Shown piece after piece: positions 8,815 through 19,010 of a stretch of DNA of 52,458 nt (position 1 is its first letter; each line of letters opens with the position of its first letter). Under the pieces are notes generated by a model that saw only the letters and a program-made list of their open reading frames with translations, ran no database searches and was not told where the DNA came from. The position numbers were made by a program, and so were the translations under genes. The stretch is from Promethearchaeota archaeon (GTDB lineage: Archaea; Asgardarchaeota; Lokiarchaeia; Sigyniarchaeales; SOKP01), in contig JBHLPW010000038.1 of assembly GCA_048939015.1 (NCBI GenBank), forward strand, positions 1 to 52,458. Reading direction: 5' to 3'.

Positions 8815-11800
8815 ATGAATAAGAAAAGACATAAAATCCTGATTTTTTGGAGTATTTTTCTGTTTATCGGATTATCAACAACTATTATTGGAGGTATAAG
8901 TCGAAGTTCAAAACCTTTATATTATGAAACGAAGAATAATAATGAATTAACTGAAAATCCTCTAATTTCAAACCCACAGAGTAACTATGAGATAATTACA
9001 GACACTTTTGCGAATAAATTAAATCAATATTCCTCTTTTGGGTACTTTCCTCAAATATATCAGTCCTCTCTGCAAGCTACATATTATGCTCTGTATATTC
9101 TTGAAGCTCTCGACGAATTAGATCAAATAAATCAAACAAAAATTACCGATTATATCATTTCTCATTATGATGAAAGTTTACAAATCTTCATGGATGAATA
9201 TTCTTACAGATATTTAGACACAGATTTTTCTCAATGCTATTATCCTTTTACTTCTGTTCTTGAAGTTAATTGTTATGCGATATTGTCCTTAAATATACTG
9301 GGGCAATTGGACTTGATAAATAGTCAAGATTCAATAGACTTTATCTGGAGTTGCTGTAATCCAGAAAGTTCTGAAAATGGGTTTATAGGACAGCCTTATG
9401 ACTCAAATTTAGTAAATAAGTTTAAAATAGCAACAATGGATAATACCTACTATGCTCTTAGAACGCTTGACTTATTCTTGAATGATTGGAGCGGATATGA
9501 TAATGAAATGACAAGAATTACGCAGTATATTAATGGATTACAAATGGTTAATGGAGGGTTTAATAATGATAATAATAGCACTTTTGATTCTCTTACTTCA
9601 CTCATTTTTGAACCAAATTTACTATCCTCATATTACTGCATTAAGAGTTTAGAAATATTAAATCTAATAAATACGATAAAAATCACTGATTTTTACCAAT
9701 ATTTAGACAACCTGTATGATGATTCCCTTCATACCTTCCAGATATGTAGCTTTGGGATGCCGGACTTTTGTAATATCATTGCTACCGCATTAGGTTTAGA
9801 ATTATCAAATATAACGGGATATTCAAGCATTAACAGTGCAGGAATAATAAATTTCCTTTTGTCTAACCGAAATAACTTAGGTAATTGGGATTCATCAACA
9901 GTTTTTCAAAATCATGAACTGATTGATACCTTTCAGATAATTCGAAGCTTAAAAGAATCAGGGGAAATTTATCATTTAACTACTCAAGATAAAAGTCAGA
10001 TAGCTAATAGTATGGGTTATTTTAAGCAAAATTATGGATATTCTTTAATTTCTAATGATTATATGTCAATTGACCTTATCTACACTATTGTACAATCATT
10101 TGATTTATTCAATAGTATCCCCGATTTAGATATACAAGGATTATATAATGCAATTGAAGATGCATTTCAATATTTTAGCTTTATTGATTGTTATGGATTT
10201 TCTGGAAGTACAAATTTTAAAAATTTTATTGGATTTCGGTCTTATCCTATCGAATTTTATAATCTAGGTTATCGTCGATATACACATGAAATTGACGGAC
10301 TATATAATCATAAATTTAATTATAAAGCGTTAAGTTCCCTACAAAGTATATTTAAGTTAGATGACCTTAATTCATACTATGATTTAACAATATTAATCAA
10401 TAATATCTTAGATTCTCAGTTCTTAAATTCAGAATTTGAAAATTTTGGAGCATTTTTACCATTTTTAACAGATACCTTAAAACTTCCTGAATCTCAAAAT
10501 AAAAGTATATTTTTAGAAAGTAGTTATTATGCTATTAAAACATTAGAATTGTTGGTTGATTTTTTAGATCTTGGAAATATTGCTAATTTAACATTTAATA
10601 AGGGTGCTTTATATGGATTCGTTAATAGAAACTTGCATGAAACTAATTCAATGATATATTTCAAAACACCATATGCCTCAAATACAGAAGAAATTCTTAA
10701 ATGTACATATTACTCGATATATATCATTAAAGCTTTAAACTTATTTGATTTGGATAAGGTGAAATTAAAAGATTATGTTTTATTTAATACAGATTATTCC
10801 AATGTAGAAAACATTTACTATTCTTTTAAGATCTCTGAAATTTTAGATTTTGAAATTGATTTTAATGCTACATTAACGAATTCCTTAATTAAGCAAATAT
10901 ATTTTGAAAATGAAAATGAATTTTATGAGAGTTTTAAGAGATTAGAAATTGATCAAGAGATTTTTTTGTGGATCTGCGATATGGCGAGAAATAGTGAGTT
11001 ATATATTGAATGCGATTATATTCCATCAATTTCGTTAGGAAGCGTTAACACAATCACAGCATATTTTAGTAATTTAATTTTCAAGGAATACGGACAATTA
11101 ACTACTGTTACTTTTGTAAGCACTGAGTTTGGAACCTTAAGCCTAGAAGAACAATTTGACAATTCATACCAAATTAACTTTTTGGTACCAGAAGACCCAA
11201 AATATCTTCCTTCTATTGAAGGAACATTAAATATATATGATCATTCGGAACTTATAGGACAAGTTCCTATTTTTTTCGAAACAACCTTTGAACAGATAAT
11301 AGATTATAAGGTGACAGAAAATGATAAAGAAATAACCTTCAATGTAAATGTCTCCCGTAAAATCAATTCAGAGTTTCATCCTATTCACAATTCAACAGTT
11401 GTGGTTCATGTATTTAAGGATGGTTTATCTGGGGAAGCAATAAATTTCACTAAAACAGATTTGACAACATATTCGAAATTTTCCTGCAATTACAAATGTG
11501 AAGGATCTGGGAATTACTTTTTCAATATTACTCTCGTCGATAAATTCTACCCAAATGGATTATTCTTATTTGAATATGAGATAAAACCAGATTTATATAT
11601 ACCTTCGCAACCAATACCGCCTCCAGAACCAATAATTCCTCCTCTATTTGGTCTTTTTGATTTGAATGGGATTATTTTAGCAATATTAGCTTCGATAATC
11701 ACAGCAATAACAGTAGGTGGTGTAATATGGTGTGGAAATTTGATAAAAAAGAAAATTCATGGTGAAACAGGAGATGTTTTTGAAAAAGTTATAGAGAAAA

Positions 11801-11856
11801 ATCAAGGTAGTGACATGAAACAAAAGTATCCAGTTCTTTTTGAAGACTGGGATTAA
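8815..11856 (+). CDS. Large membrane-anchored protein with prenyltransferase/squalene-oxidase-type (alpha/alpha barrel) repeats
   Basis: Repeated T/S-YYA/C-(L/I)...L units (ATYYALYIL, NTYYALRTL, SSYYCIKSL, SSYYAIKTL) and GGF/NGF turns. N-terminal signal/TM, Pro-rich linker, C-terminal TM. Confidence 0.7.
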   Translation: MNKKRHKILIFWSIFLFIGLSTTIIGGISRSSKPLYYETKNNNELTENPLISNPQSNYEIITDTFANKLNQYSSFGYFPQIYQSSLQATYYALYILEALDELDQINQTKITDYIISHYDESLQIFMDEYSYRYLDTDFSQCYYPFTSVLEVNCYAILSLNILGQLDLINSQDSIDFIWSCCNPESSENGFIGQPYDSNLVNKFKIATMDNTYYALRTLDLFLNDWSGYDNEMTRITQYINGLQMVNGGFNNDNNSTFDSLTSLIFEPNLLSSYYCIKSLEILNLINTIKITDFYQYLDNLYDDSLHTFQICSFGMPDFCNIIATALGLELSNITGYSSINSAGIINFLLSNRNNLGNWDSSTVFQNHELIDTFQIIRSLKESGEIYHLTTQDKSQIANSMGYFKQNYGYSLISNDYMSIDLIYTIVQSFDLFNSIPDLDIQGLYNAIEDAFQYFSFIDCYGFSGSTNFKNFIGFRSYPIEFYNLGYRRYTHEIDGLYNHKFNYKALSSLQSIFKLDDLNSYYDLTILINNILDSQFLNSEFENFGAFLPFLTDTLKLPESQNKSIFLESSYYAIKTLELLVDFLDLGNIANLTFNKGALYGFVNRNLHETNSMIYFKTPYASNTEEILKCTYYSIYIIKALNLFDLDKVKLKDYVLFNTDYSNVENIYYSFKISEILDFEIDFNATLTNSLIKQIYFENENEFYESFKRLEIDQEIFLWICDMARNSELYIECDYIPSISLGSVNTITAYFSNLIFKEYGQLTTVTFVSTEFGTLSLEEQFDNSYQINFLVPEDPKYLPSIEGTLNIYDHSELIGQVPIFFETTFEQIIDYKVTENDKEITFNVNVSRKINSEFHPIHNSTVVVHVFKDGLSGEAINFTKTDLTTYSKFSCNYKCEGSGNYFFNITLVDKFYPNGLFLFEYEIKPDLYIPSQPIPPPEPIIPPLFGLFDLNGIILAILASIITAITVGGVIWCGNLIKKKIHGETGDVFEKVIEKNQGSDMKQKYPVLFEDWD

Positions 11857-11945
11857 ATCTCTTTTTTTTTTAACTTTCCAATTTAAGTTTACTTTTTATT
11901 CTTTTATTGGAATAAACAATAAAGAGTAAATTCAGTTAAAACTTT

Positions 11946-13733
11946 ATGGTAGAAATTTGTAAAAGTAATTTATTAAAGGAAAAAGCTAAGATTAAATTTC
12001 ACAAGAAAATTATATTAATTTCACTTTTTATCATCAATATTTTTACTTTCTCGGTTTATTCATTAAATGAAGGGAAAATTGATGCTTCTGTAAATTATCA
12101 AGAACTTAAAACAGCTAATATTATTGGTACTGACGATCGCGTGAGAGTTACATCCAGTACATCTTATCCTTGGAGTACAGTTGTTAGATTGCATATCACG
12201 TGGGGAACATATAATACATTCGCTACAGGTGCTTTAATAGATAAAAATCATGTGCTAACAGCTGGACATTGTGTTTATTCACATACACATGGGGGTTGGG
12301 CTGACAGTATTAAGGTTGTACCTGGAGAAGATAATGGAAACGAACCGTATGGATACGCTTGGGCAATTAAGATGCGTTGTTATGATGATTGGAAAAATTT
12401 TGCTTCTCCTGAACATGATTTTGCGCTTCTAACACTCGATAGAGATATTGGCTTGACAACTGGATGGATGGGATTGTATACAACATTATCTTCAAGCTCA
12501 ACATATTCAGAACTATTATATACGGCGGGTTATCCTGCTGAATTGGATAATGGAAGAAATATGTATTGGACTAATGATTATGGGTATGAAGCAAATGAGT
12601 ATAATCATTGGTATTATTTAGATACCAGTGATGGTCAAAGCGGCGGTCCTATATGGATATATGATAACGGATTACCGTATATTCTATCCGTTGTTACTTC
12701 TGGTGTAGTTGGATTAAACATTAACTATGGTACGAGAATAAACCAAAATAAATACTATTGTATCGATAATTGGATAAGTGCTGATGAAACATCTACTGAT
12801 AAACCTGACTTAGTATCCGAATATAGTGAATTAGCGGGGTATAATGTAGATATGGTTGGAGCAGGAATAACCCCATTTGAAACATGGTGTAAAGTACGTA
12901 ATATAGGAACGAGTTCGGCAAATAATATAATTATATCATACTATGCATCAAAAGATACTACTATTAGTAAATCGGATTATTTCATCGGAAATGACATTGT
13001 TCAATCTCTAACTCCTACAGCTTCTATAGATTCTCATTGGTCTGGTACATTCCCTGATAATATTCCTAGTGGAAATTACTATATAGGCTGGATCATAGAC
13101 TCAGATAATTCAATTGATGAATTCAAAGAAAATAACAACTTTAACTTTGTATGGACTTCCCAATTGTTAGTTGATGCTACTCCTCCAAATAATCCGACAG
13201 ATTGTACTCAATTAAATGGCACAACTGAAAGTGCTGTATTACAGAATACTATTTCTAATCCCGAATTTAGTTGGAGTGGAGCTGTGGATTCGCATACAAG
13301 TGTAGTGGGATATTATTATTACTGGGGTGGAGACCTTTATGGAACTTCAACCAAATTTACTTCATTACCATATTATGATCCCTCAGTAGTTAATAATGGA
13401 ACTTATTATTTGAGAGTCTGTACCCAAGACATTGTGGGTAATTTAGCTCCATGGATTACACTTTATGTATTTAAATATGAAGATAAAATTAATAATACAA
13501 ATGGCGATCCCTTTGATAATTCCACTGTAGATCCTACTGATGATCCTAATGATAACCCCATTGATGATTCTGATGAAGATCTAAGTGATAATACTAACAA
13601 TGATGTCGAAGACGATCCTAATAACAATGACAACATTAACTTAGGAGAAAATCTTATGTGGGAATATATCCTTACTATTGGGATATTGGGCTTGTTAGTT
13701 TTTTTATTTTTAAAAGTGTACTCGAGAAGATAA
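11946..13733 (+). CDS. Secreted, membrane-anchored trypsin-like serine protease (glutamyl endopeptidase type) with a CARDB-like domain
   Basis: IIGTDDRVRV mature N-terminus, TAGHC (His), HDFAL (Asp), GQSGGP (Ser). CARDB-like PDL...VRNIG...IDEFKENNN, then a D/N/P-rich linker and C-terminal TM. Confidence 0.88.
   Translation: MVEICKSNLLKEKAKIKFHKKIILISLFIINIFTFSVYSLNEGKIDASVNYQELKTANIIGTDDRVRVTSSTSYPWSTVVRLHITWGTYNTFATGALIDKNHVLTAGHCVYSHTHGGWADSIKVVPGEDNGNEPYGYAWAIKMRCYDDWKNFASPEHDFALLTLDRDIGLTTGWMGLYTTLSSSSTYSELLYTAGYPAELDNGRNMYWTNDYGYEANEYNHWYYLDTSDGQSGGPIWIYDNGLPYILSVVTSGVVGLNINYGTRINQNKYYCIDNWISADETSTDKPDLVSEYSELAGYNVDMVGAGITPFETWCKVRNIGTSSANNIIISYYASKDTTISKSDYFIGNDIVQSLTPTASIDSHWSGTFPDNIPSGNYYIGWIIDSDNSIDEFKENNNFNFVWTSQLLVDATPPNNPTDCTQLNGTTESAVLQNTISNPEFSWSGAVDSHTSVVGYYYYWGGDLYGTSTKFTSLPYYDPSVVNNGTYYLRVCTQDIVGNLAPWITLYVFKYEDKINNTNGDPFDNSTVDPTDDPNDNPIDDSDEDLSDNTNNDVEDDPNNNDNINLGENLMWEYILTIGILGLLVFLFLKVYSRR
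13495..13640 (+). repeat. Low-complexity Asp/Asn/Pro linker (D-D-P-type repeats) inside the protease gene
   Basis: GDPFDNSTVDPTDDPNDNPIDDSDEDLSDNTNNDVEDDPNNNDN; recurring GATGATCCT-like units. Confidence 0.6.
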
Positions 13734-13792
13734 CGATTAGATGGATGTGAATTATAATTTTTTTTTAAATAAAATGAAATTTAGAATTTTAT

Positions 13793-15850
13793 ATGACAGA
13801 AAATATTAAGAGTCCTTCTAATTGCTGTCGATATTGTGGTTGGTTAATACAGCAAGATATTGTTCAAAAAATTGTGGAAAATAATGAACCTGTAATCTGT
13901 GAGTTTTGTGGAATTGAAATTACTCCAGATGTTATTAAAACTAGAGAAATATCAGATAAAGTTCCTCATCAAGAAAAATCTAATCTTAAAGAGCAAGTAG
14001 AGCAAAATAACGAATCAATAACAAAAAGAATTGGTAAACTTGAGAAATCAAGAATGTATTCTGTGAATATGATTTTAGAGGACAAGGATTTTCCTCTGAT
14101 ATTCAAAGAAAATCTAATTATTGTCATTTCTCGTTTATTATATACTCTTATTAGGGAATGGGAGCAAACTAATAATGTGAATATTCATCGTGCAGGGTTA
14201 AACCAATCTATTCTCACATATCTAGCAAAAGAATTAAAGCCTATATTGGGAAAGCGAATAAGTAGAAAATATTTAGAAAATTTATGTAATATTTCTACTG
14301 GAGATTTTGATAATTTATTTAGGCAATTTCAGGAAAAATTAAAGTTGGATCAAGATTATCGAGCACACTTTAAAGCATTTTTATTTTGGCTAATGAGAAT
14401 TATATTCAGGTTAATCTCGGATATGTGGGAAATGAAAAACCTTCCTAAATTTCAAGCAACTATCCTTAAGGATTTAAAAAGTTACCCTTTCAATTGGAAT
14501 GTTAAATTAAGTGAATCTGATATTCCGATTGAAGAAAAAATTGAATCTTTGGGATATAATGTAAAAGATTTCATTGATGAACTAACAGATGAATTAAATA
14601 ATTATCCTGAAGAAATGTATAAATTGAATCCAAATAGAGTTTTAAAAGGCCATAGTGGATATACTTTAAAAGATCTTTCTAAATTATGGGGGCATCATGA
14701 TGGTTATGTTTCAGAACGATTAACAGATCATAAAAATCAACCAAATTACATTCTTCCCAAGAAAAATCTGAAAGAACTTGAAACTGCTATTAGAAATAAA
14801 TTTGGTAAAAAAGCTAACCATAGCTACCAATTGATAAATTCTCACAAAAATAGTCTATTATCTCTTAATCTATTCATCAAAAAACTTCGAAAGGAAATAG
14901 GAAAGATTTCAATAAAGGTGAAGACTACACTTGAAGATATCGCATTAATATTTGGATACGGATATGGAATGATGAATTATATTCGCCATAATCCGAACTT
15001 TGTCCTAACAAAAAGAAGATTATCTATAATAAGAGGAAATCTAAAATTGATATTAAGTAAAAAAGCTAGGGATGTATTAAAAATAGTTGATAAATATCAA
15101 AAACACAATCCTAGTATGCTTGATTATGCTAACCAGAAATACACAATAACACAACCAAATTTTTTTAGTAATATATTCGAAGATCCTCAAATAATGTATT
15201 GGTTTGGTTGGTTATGTTCAGATGGATGGGTTTCTAGACATGGTAATAAACATTATCAAATTCAACTTAAATTAAAGAGAAAGGATCGTATTATTATAGA
15301 ACGATTTGCTACTGTTATAGGGTATAACCAGGATCGAATTTATGATGAGTCTTACTTAATTGAGGATGAGGATGGAGAGTTAAGAGTGATAAATAGTTCT
15401 AGAGTAATTTTTGGTTGTAAACCCATGTGGTTAGATTTAGATAAGCTTGGTATTTTTGAGTTCAAAATTCATGGACATGTTCCATGGATTATCAAAGATC
15501 TAATTAAAAGAGCAAGAAGAAAAAATAAAGAAGGGAAATTAACAGAGACTATGGAAGGGCGTCTAGCGTTATGCTTTCTTATGGGATTTTACGATGGGGA
15601 TGGTAATTATCGTGGTGGTATGTCTGCTAGGATTTTAAATACTAAAAAAAGTTTTTTAGAAGAGATAGCAAGTCTATTTGGTATTTCAAATGATGTTAAT
15701 GAAAATAATAAAAAAATAATAGATGAAAAAACACATAAGATAATTTGGAAAACAAGATATCAACTTCATTTAGGTCCACAATTGTTTAAGCAAATGTTAC
15801 TTACCTACAAGGATAGTTTACCAAGAAAAAGACCTGATGGTTATCAATAA
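13793..15850 (+). CDS. Free-standing LAGLIDADG endonuclease-domain protein with N-terminal Zn finger
   Basis: Two LAGLIDADG-like helices (YWFGWLCSDGWV, FLMGFYDGDGN). N-terminal CRYC...CEFC. Ends with ...LPRK, as many LAGLIDADG domains do. Confidence 0.8.
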   Translation: MTENIKSPSNCCRYCGWLIQQDIVQKIVENNEPVICEFCGIEITPDVIKTREISDKVPHQEKSNLKEQVEQNNESITKRIGKLEKSRMYSVNMILEDKDFPLIFKENLIIVISRLLYTLIREWEQTNNVNIHRAGLNQSILTYLAKELKPILGKRISRKYLENLCNISTGDFDNLFRQFQEKLKLDQDYRAHFKAFLFWLMRIIFRLISDMWEMKNLPKFQATILKDLKSYPFNWNVKLSESDIPIEEKIESLGYNVKDFIDELTDELNNYPEEMYKLNPNRVLKGHSGYTLKDLSKLWGHHDGYVSERLTDHKNQPNYILPKKNLKELETAIRNKFGKKANHSYQLINSHKNSLLSLNLFIKKLRKEIGKISIKVKTTLEDIALIFGYGYGMMNYIRHNPNFVLTKRRLSIIRGNLKLILSKKARDVLKIVDKYQKHNPSMLDYANQKYTITQPNFFSNIFEDPQIMYWFGWLCSDGWVSRHGNKHYQIQLKLKRKDRIIIERFATVIGYNQDRIYDESYLIEDEDGELRVINSSRVIFGCKPMWLDLDKLGIFEFKIHGHVPWIIKDLIKRARRKNKEGKLTETMEGRLALCFLMGFYDGDGNYRGGMSARILNTKKSFLEEIASLFGISNDVNENNKKIIDEKTHKIIWKTRYQLHLGPQLFKQMLLTYKDSLPRKRPDGYQ

Positions 15851-16005
15851 AATATCAATAATTTTTGACAAAAATTAGCTTTATTGATTATTCAGTTAGA
15901 AAATAGACTAAAATAATTTATAAATTAGAATATAAATCTTTTTTATTATTATCATTTATTTCTAGAAAAACAATCAAAAAAATAACAAAATTAAGATGAT
16001 AACTA

Positions 16006-16302
16006 ATGACCGAAGCAAAGACGCCAATTGTGATAAGTAAGGAAGACTGTCATAGATGTGCGGAATTAAAGGAATGGTTAAAGGAAAATGACGTTAGATA
16101 TATTGAAAGGGATATAAATGATGAGGAATTTGTACATGAGTTATTACATGATGACAATTTTTTAACAACGTTCTGTGATGCAGACGGTTGTATTGTAAAT
16201 ACACCGGTGGTAATACATAAAGGAAAGTATTGGTTTAAAGAGCTCTGGGGTGTATCTGGTCTTAGAGAGAAAGAAGCCAAGAAATTATTTGGAGTTAAAT
16301 AA
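16006..16302 (+). CDS. Glutaredoxin-like protein
   Basis: SKEDCHRC CxxC motif, Y.ERDI, and cis-Pro motif TPVVI. Confidence 0.8.
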   Translation: MTEAKTPIVISKEDCHRCAELKEWLKENDVRYIERDINDEEFVHELLHDDNFLTTFCDADGCIVNTPVVIHKGKYWFKELWGVSGLREKEAKKLFGVK

Positions 16303-16321
16303 TTCTTTTTTTATTTATACC

Positions 16322-16921
16322 TTATTTTTTAAATTCTACTAATCTTTTTATTACTTTTCGTATTGCTCTCAACCCCTCTTCATCTTTTTCAATACCTTGT
16401 TTTCCCTCATCTCTACTCCATAAAGTAGCACCGAGGTTTGCTCCAAAAGCACCACCTGATATTGGAAGTATATGATTTTGTTGGTAAAAATCTAAAATAC
16501 TTCTTATAGCAATCTCTTGACCTCCATTTCTATCTCCTCCAACTGCCAATGCTGCTCCAATTTTATCTTTAAACACATTAGGATTCTTAGCAACCAATGC
16601 ACGACACCGATCCAATACCGTTTTTAATTGACCTGATAAATTGCCTTGAAACACTGGAGTACCAAATAAATAAAATTTAGCATTTTCCAATTTAGAATAA
16701 AGTTCTACCATATCATCCTTATGGATACATCCCTTTTTCTCTCGAATACAATAATCATCATGAATACAGAATTTAATTTCTTTCTTTCTAACACTCCAAT
16801 ATTCAGTTTCAAACCCAAACTTTTCAGTAGCATAATTTAAAGCATATTGGACTGCATATTCTGTCCCTTGTTTCCGAGGACTGCCACATATCCCAAGTAA
16901 TAAATTCTTCTTTTCGACCAT
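16322..16921 (-). CDS. Iron-sulfur flavoprotein (Isf) / flavodoxin-family protein
   Basis: GICGSPRK FMN loop, FCIHDDYC...GCIHKDDM cluster motif, GTPVF, VGGDRNGGQE. Confidence 0.88.
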   Translation of the reverse strand: MVEKKNLLLGICGSPRKQGTEYAVQYALNYATEKFGFETEYWSVRKKEIKFCIHDDYCIREKKGCIHKDDMVELYSKLENAKFYLFGTPVFQGNLSGQLKTVLDRCRALVAKNPNVFKDKIGAALAVGGDRNGGQEIAIRSILDFYQQNHILPISGGAFGANLGATLWSRDEGKQGIEKDEEGLRAIRKVIKRLVEFKK

Positions 16922-17007
16922 AATAATTCATTTAACTTGCTTTTATTAATAATTAATCATTATGTATAAAAATAAAGTCTTAAAAACTTATAGCCTAATA
17001 ATTCAAG

Positions 17008-17661
17008 ATGGATTCAAGCAAACCTAGTTTAGCTAGAATTAAGATTAAATTTCCAGAACAACTATGGATTTCTGAAATTTTTAAAAATTTTCCTGATATA
17101 AAAATGGAAATTTCCCATTTTCTACCTTATGACCTTGAGAAATCTATTGGAAATAGTCTAATTGAAATTTTACATTATGATATAGATTCGATTATAGAAG
17201 AGATTAGTCATCATCCATCTGTTTTTGAGTTAAGTGTAATAGAGAAACAAGAAAATAAAGTTAAATTTAATGTGAAAACAAAAGATCCATATTTATTATA
17301 TGCTATAATAAAATGTGGAGTACTTGTGAACTTTCCGGTAAGAGTAGTAGATGGTTATGCTTATTGGAGGCTTATATCGAGTAGAGATAGAATAGATCAA
17401 CTATTAACTCTATTTGAGGAGAAAAATATTAATTTTGAATTGTTAAGAATTGGATTATCTCCTTATTCAATCGAAGACGATGAAAGTAAGTTATCCTTTG
17501 ATGAATCTAATATCCTTGATAAGGCTATTTCTTCAGGATTCTTTGAAGTTCCTAGAAAAATATCATTAGAGGAATTAGCAAATGAATTAGGTAAATCTAA
17601 ATCAGCACTTTCTGTAATGCTTAGAAAAATCATCAAAAAGAAAGTTGTATTTGAAAAATAA
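17008..17661 (+). CDS. Bat/HTH_10-type archaeal transcriptional regulator
   Basis: C-terminal AISSGFFEVPRKISLEELANELGKSKSALSVMLRK is the bacterio-opsin-activator-type HTH. Confidence 0.85.
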   Translation: MDSSKPSLARIKIKFPEQLWISEIFKNFPDIKMEISHFLPYDLEKSIGNSLIEILHYDIDSIIEEISHHPSVFELSVIEKQENKVKFNVKTKDPYLLYAIIKCGVLVNFPVRVVDGYAYWRLISSRDRIDQLLTLFEEKNINFELLRIGLSPYSIEDDESKLSFDESNILDKAISSGFFEVPRKISLEELANELGKSKSALSVMLRKIIKKKVVFEK

Positions 17662-17691
17662 TAAATAATTAATATAAAATATAAAAAAAAA

Positions 17692-18480
17692 TTATAGCGA
17701 TTCTTCTTTTAATATATTTCCTTGGATGCCAATAACAACATACTTTATAGGAATTTTTCTACTTGCTCGTTTAGCTCCTTCTTGAGCTAACGCTAATAAC
17801 CCAGAACAACAAGGAACTTCCATTATAGCAACTGTAAGTGTATTTATTTTAGTGTCATCAATTAAAGATTTAATTTTTTCTATGTAAATTTCTTTACCCT
17901 GGTCGAGTTTTGGACAAGCAATAGCAATTGATTTTTGTTTTAAGAAATCTCTATGAAAATCACCATAGGAAAATCCAACACAATCAGCTGCAAGTAATAC
18001 ATCTGCACCTTGATAGTATGGAGCTCGAGGATTAATTAAATGCATTTGAATTGGCCACTGTCGTAGAGCTGAAGGAATCTTTCCAGACACTTCATTCATT
18101 TGTGCTTCAGGTTCTTCAAATACCATTGTTTGAGCAGAAGGGCAACCACACTGATGTGCATGTTCAGAGACAATCTGTTTTATTTGTTGAATCTCAGCTT
18201 GCTCACTATGTTTCATAGTCTCTAAATGCTTTTCAACTGCTTCTTCATCAAATTCTAAGGCATCTCTTTCAACTATTTCAAGCGCACCCTCAGGACACCC
18301 AGAAATACACGCACCAAGACCATCACAGAAAACTTCGTTTACCACCCTCGCTTTCCCATCTATTACTTGTAAAGCTCCCTCTGCACAATCTATGACACAA
18401 TTACCGCATCCGGTACAAAGATCTTCATCAATTTTAATAATTTTTCTATTAACCATTTTATGTTGTTTTGTTTCAGTCAT
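17692..18480 (-). CDS. 2x[4Fe-4S] ferredoxin-domain protein with conserved Cys-rich C-terminal domain
   Basis: CTGCGNCVIDC and CDGLGACISGCP; C-terminal LRQWPIQ, AADC, ACPKLD, MEVPCC. Confidence 0.88.
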   Translation of the reverse strand: MTETKQHKMVNRKIIKIDEDLCTGCGNCVIDCAEGALQVIDGKARVVNEVFCDGLGACISGCPEGALEIVERDALEFDEEAVEKHLETMKHSEQAEIQQIKQIVSEHAHQCGCPSAQTMVFEEPEAQMNEVSGKIPSALRQWPIQMHLINPRAPYYQGADVLLAADCVGFSYGDFHRDFLKQKSIAIACPKLDQGKEIYIEKIKSLIDDTKINTLTVAIMEVPCCSGLLALAQEGAKRASRKIPIKYVVIGIQGNILKEESL

Positions 18481-18501
18481 GATTAAATCGAATACTAGTG
18501 A

Positions 18502-18534
18502 TTATTTATCTTTGATTTCGAACATGTTCATTTA
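18502..18534 (-). promoter_or_regulatory. Palindromic operator GAACATGTTC (18520-18529) 10 nt upstream of a TATA-like box (ATAAATAA)
   Basis: Minus strand reads TAAATGAACATGTTC-gaaatcaaag-ATAAATAA, ~22 nt before ATG 18480. The same 15-mer and spacing recur upstream of the CooS-like gene. Confidence 0.7.
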
Positions 18535-19010
18535 AGAATTGAGAATGAATTTGACATAAAGATTACTTAAATTTCTTTTAAAAATTATTCCAGACTATAA
18601 ATCTAAGTAAAAAAATAGAGAAATTATTAAAAAATGGAAATTTAGGGAGGTTAAACTTAAAATAATCCCTGCATTTAAATCTTATTAAAAAAAAATTTTA
18701 TGTCTGCTGAGTTATAATAAATTAGAACAATTTAACGTTAAATATAAATAACAATATTACTTCTATTAATACAGACGTAAAAAAAAATTTCAGATCCTTG
18801 AAATTTTTAAGTTTAAGATTTATTTTTAAATTTTTTCTCTTTTATGATTGTCATTTTTAATTGTTTCGATAATAACAGTAGACAACTATCTTATAATTTT
18901 TCGAAAGTAAGTCTTTAAATTTGATGATATTATGAGATTAAATTTATTGGTGTTTCGATGAATGTGAATAAAACAATGTATAGTAAATTACGAAAAGAGG
19001 TATAAAATAA

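Noticed and set aside
13793-15850. Intein or intron origin for the LAGLIDADG gene
   Set aside because: No N-terminal Cys/Ser splice block, no terminal His-Asn, and no split host gene on either side.
18520-18529. Resemblance of GAACATGTTC to the Firmicute LexA box or a p53 half-site
   Set aside because: The LexA box is GAAC-N4-GTTC (here N2) and neither factor is expected in this context; treated as coincidence.
18644-18672. AGGGA...TCCCT possible hairpin in a long AT-rich spacer
   Set aside because: Only a 5-bp core stem; expected by chance.
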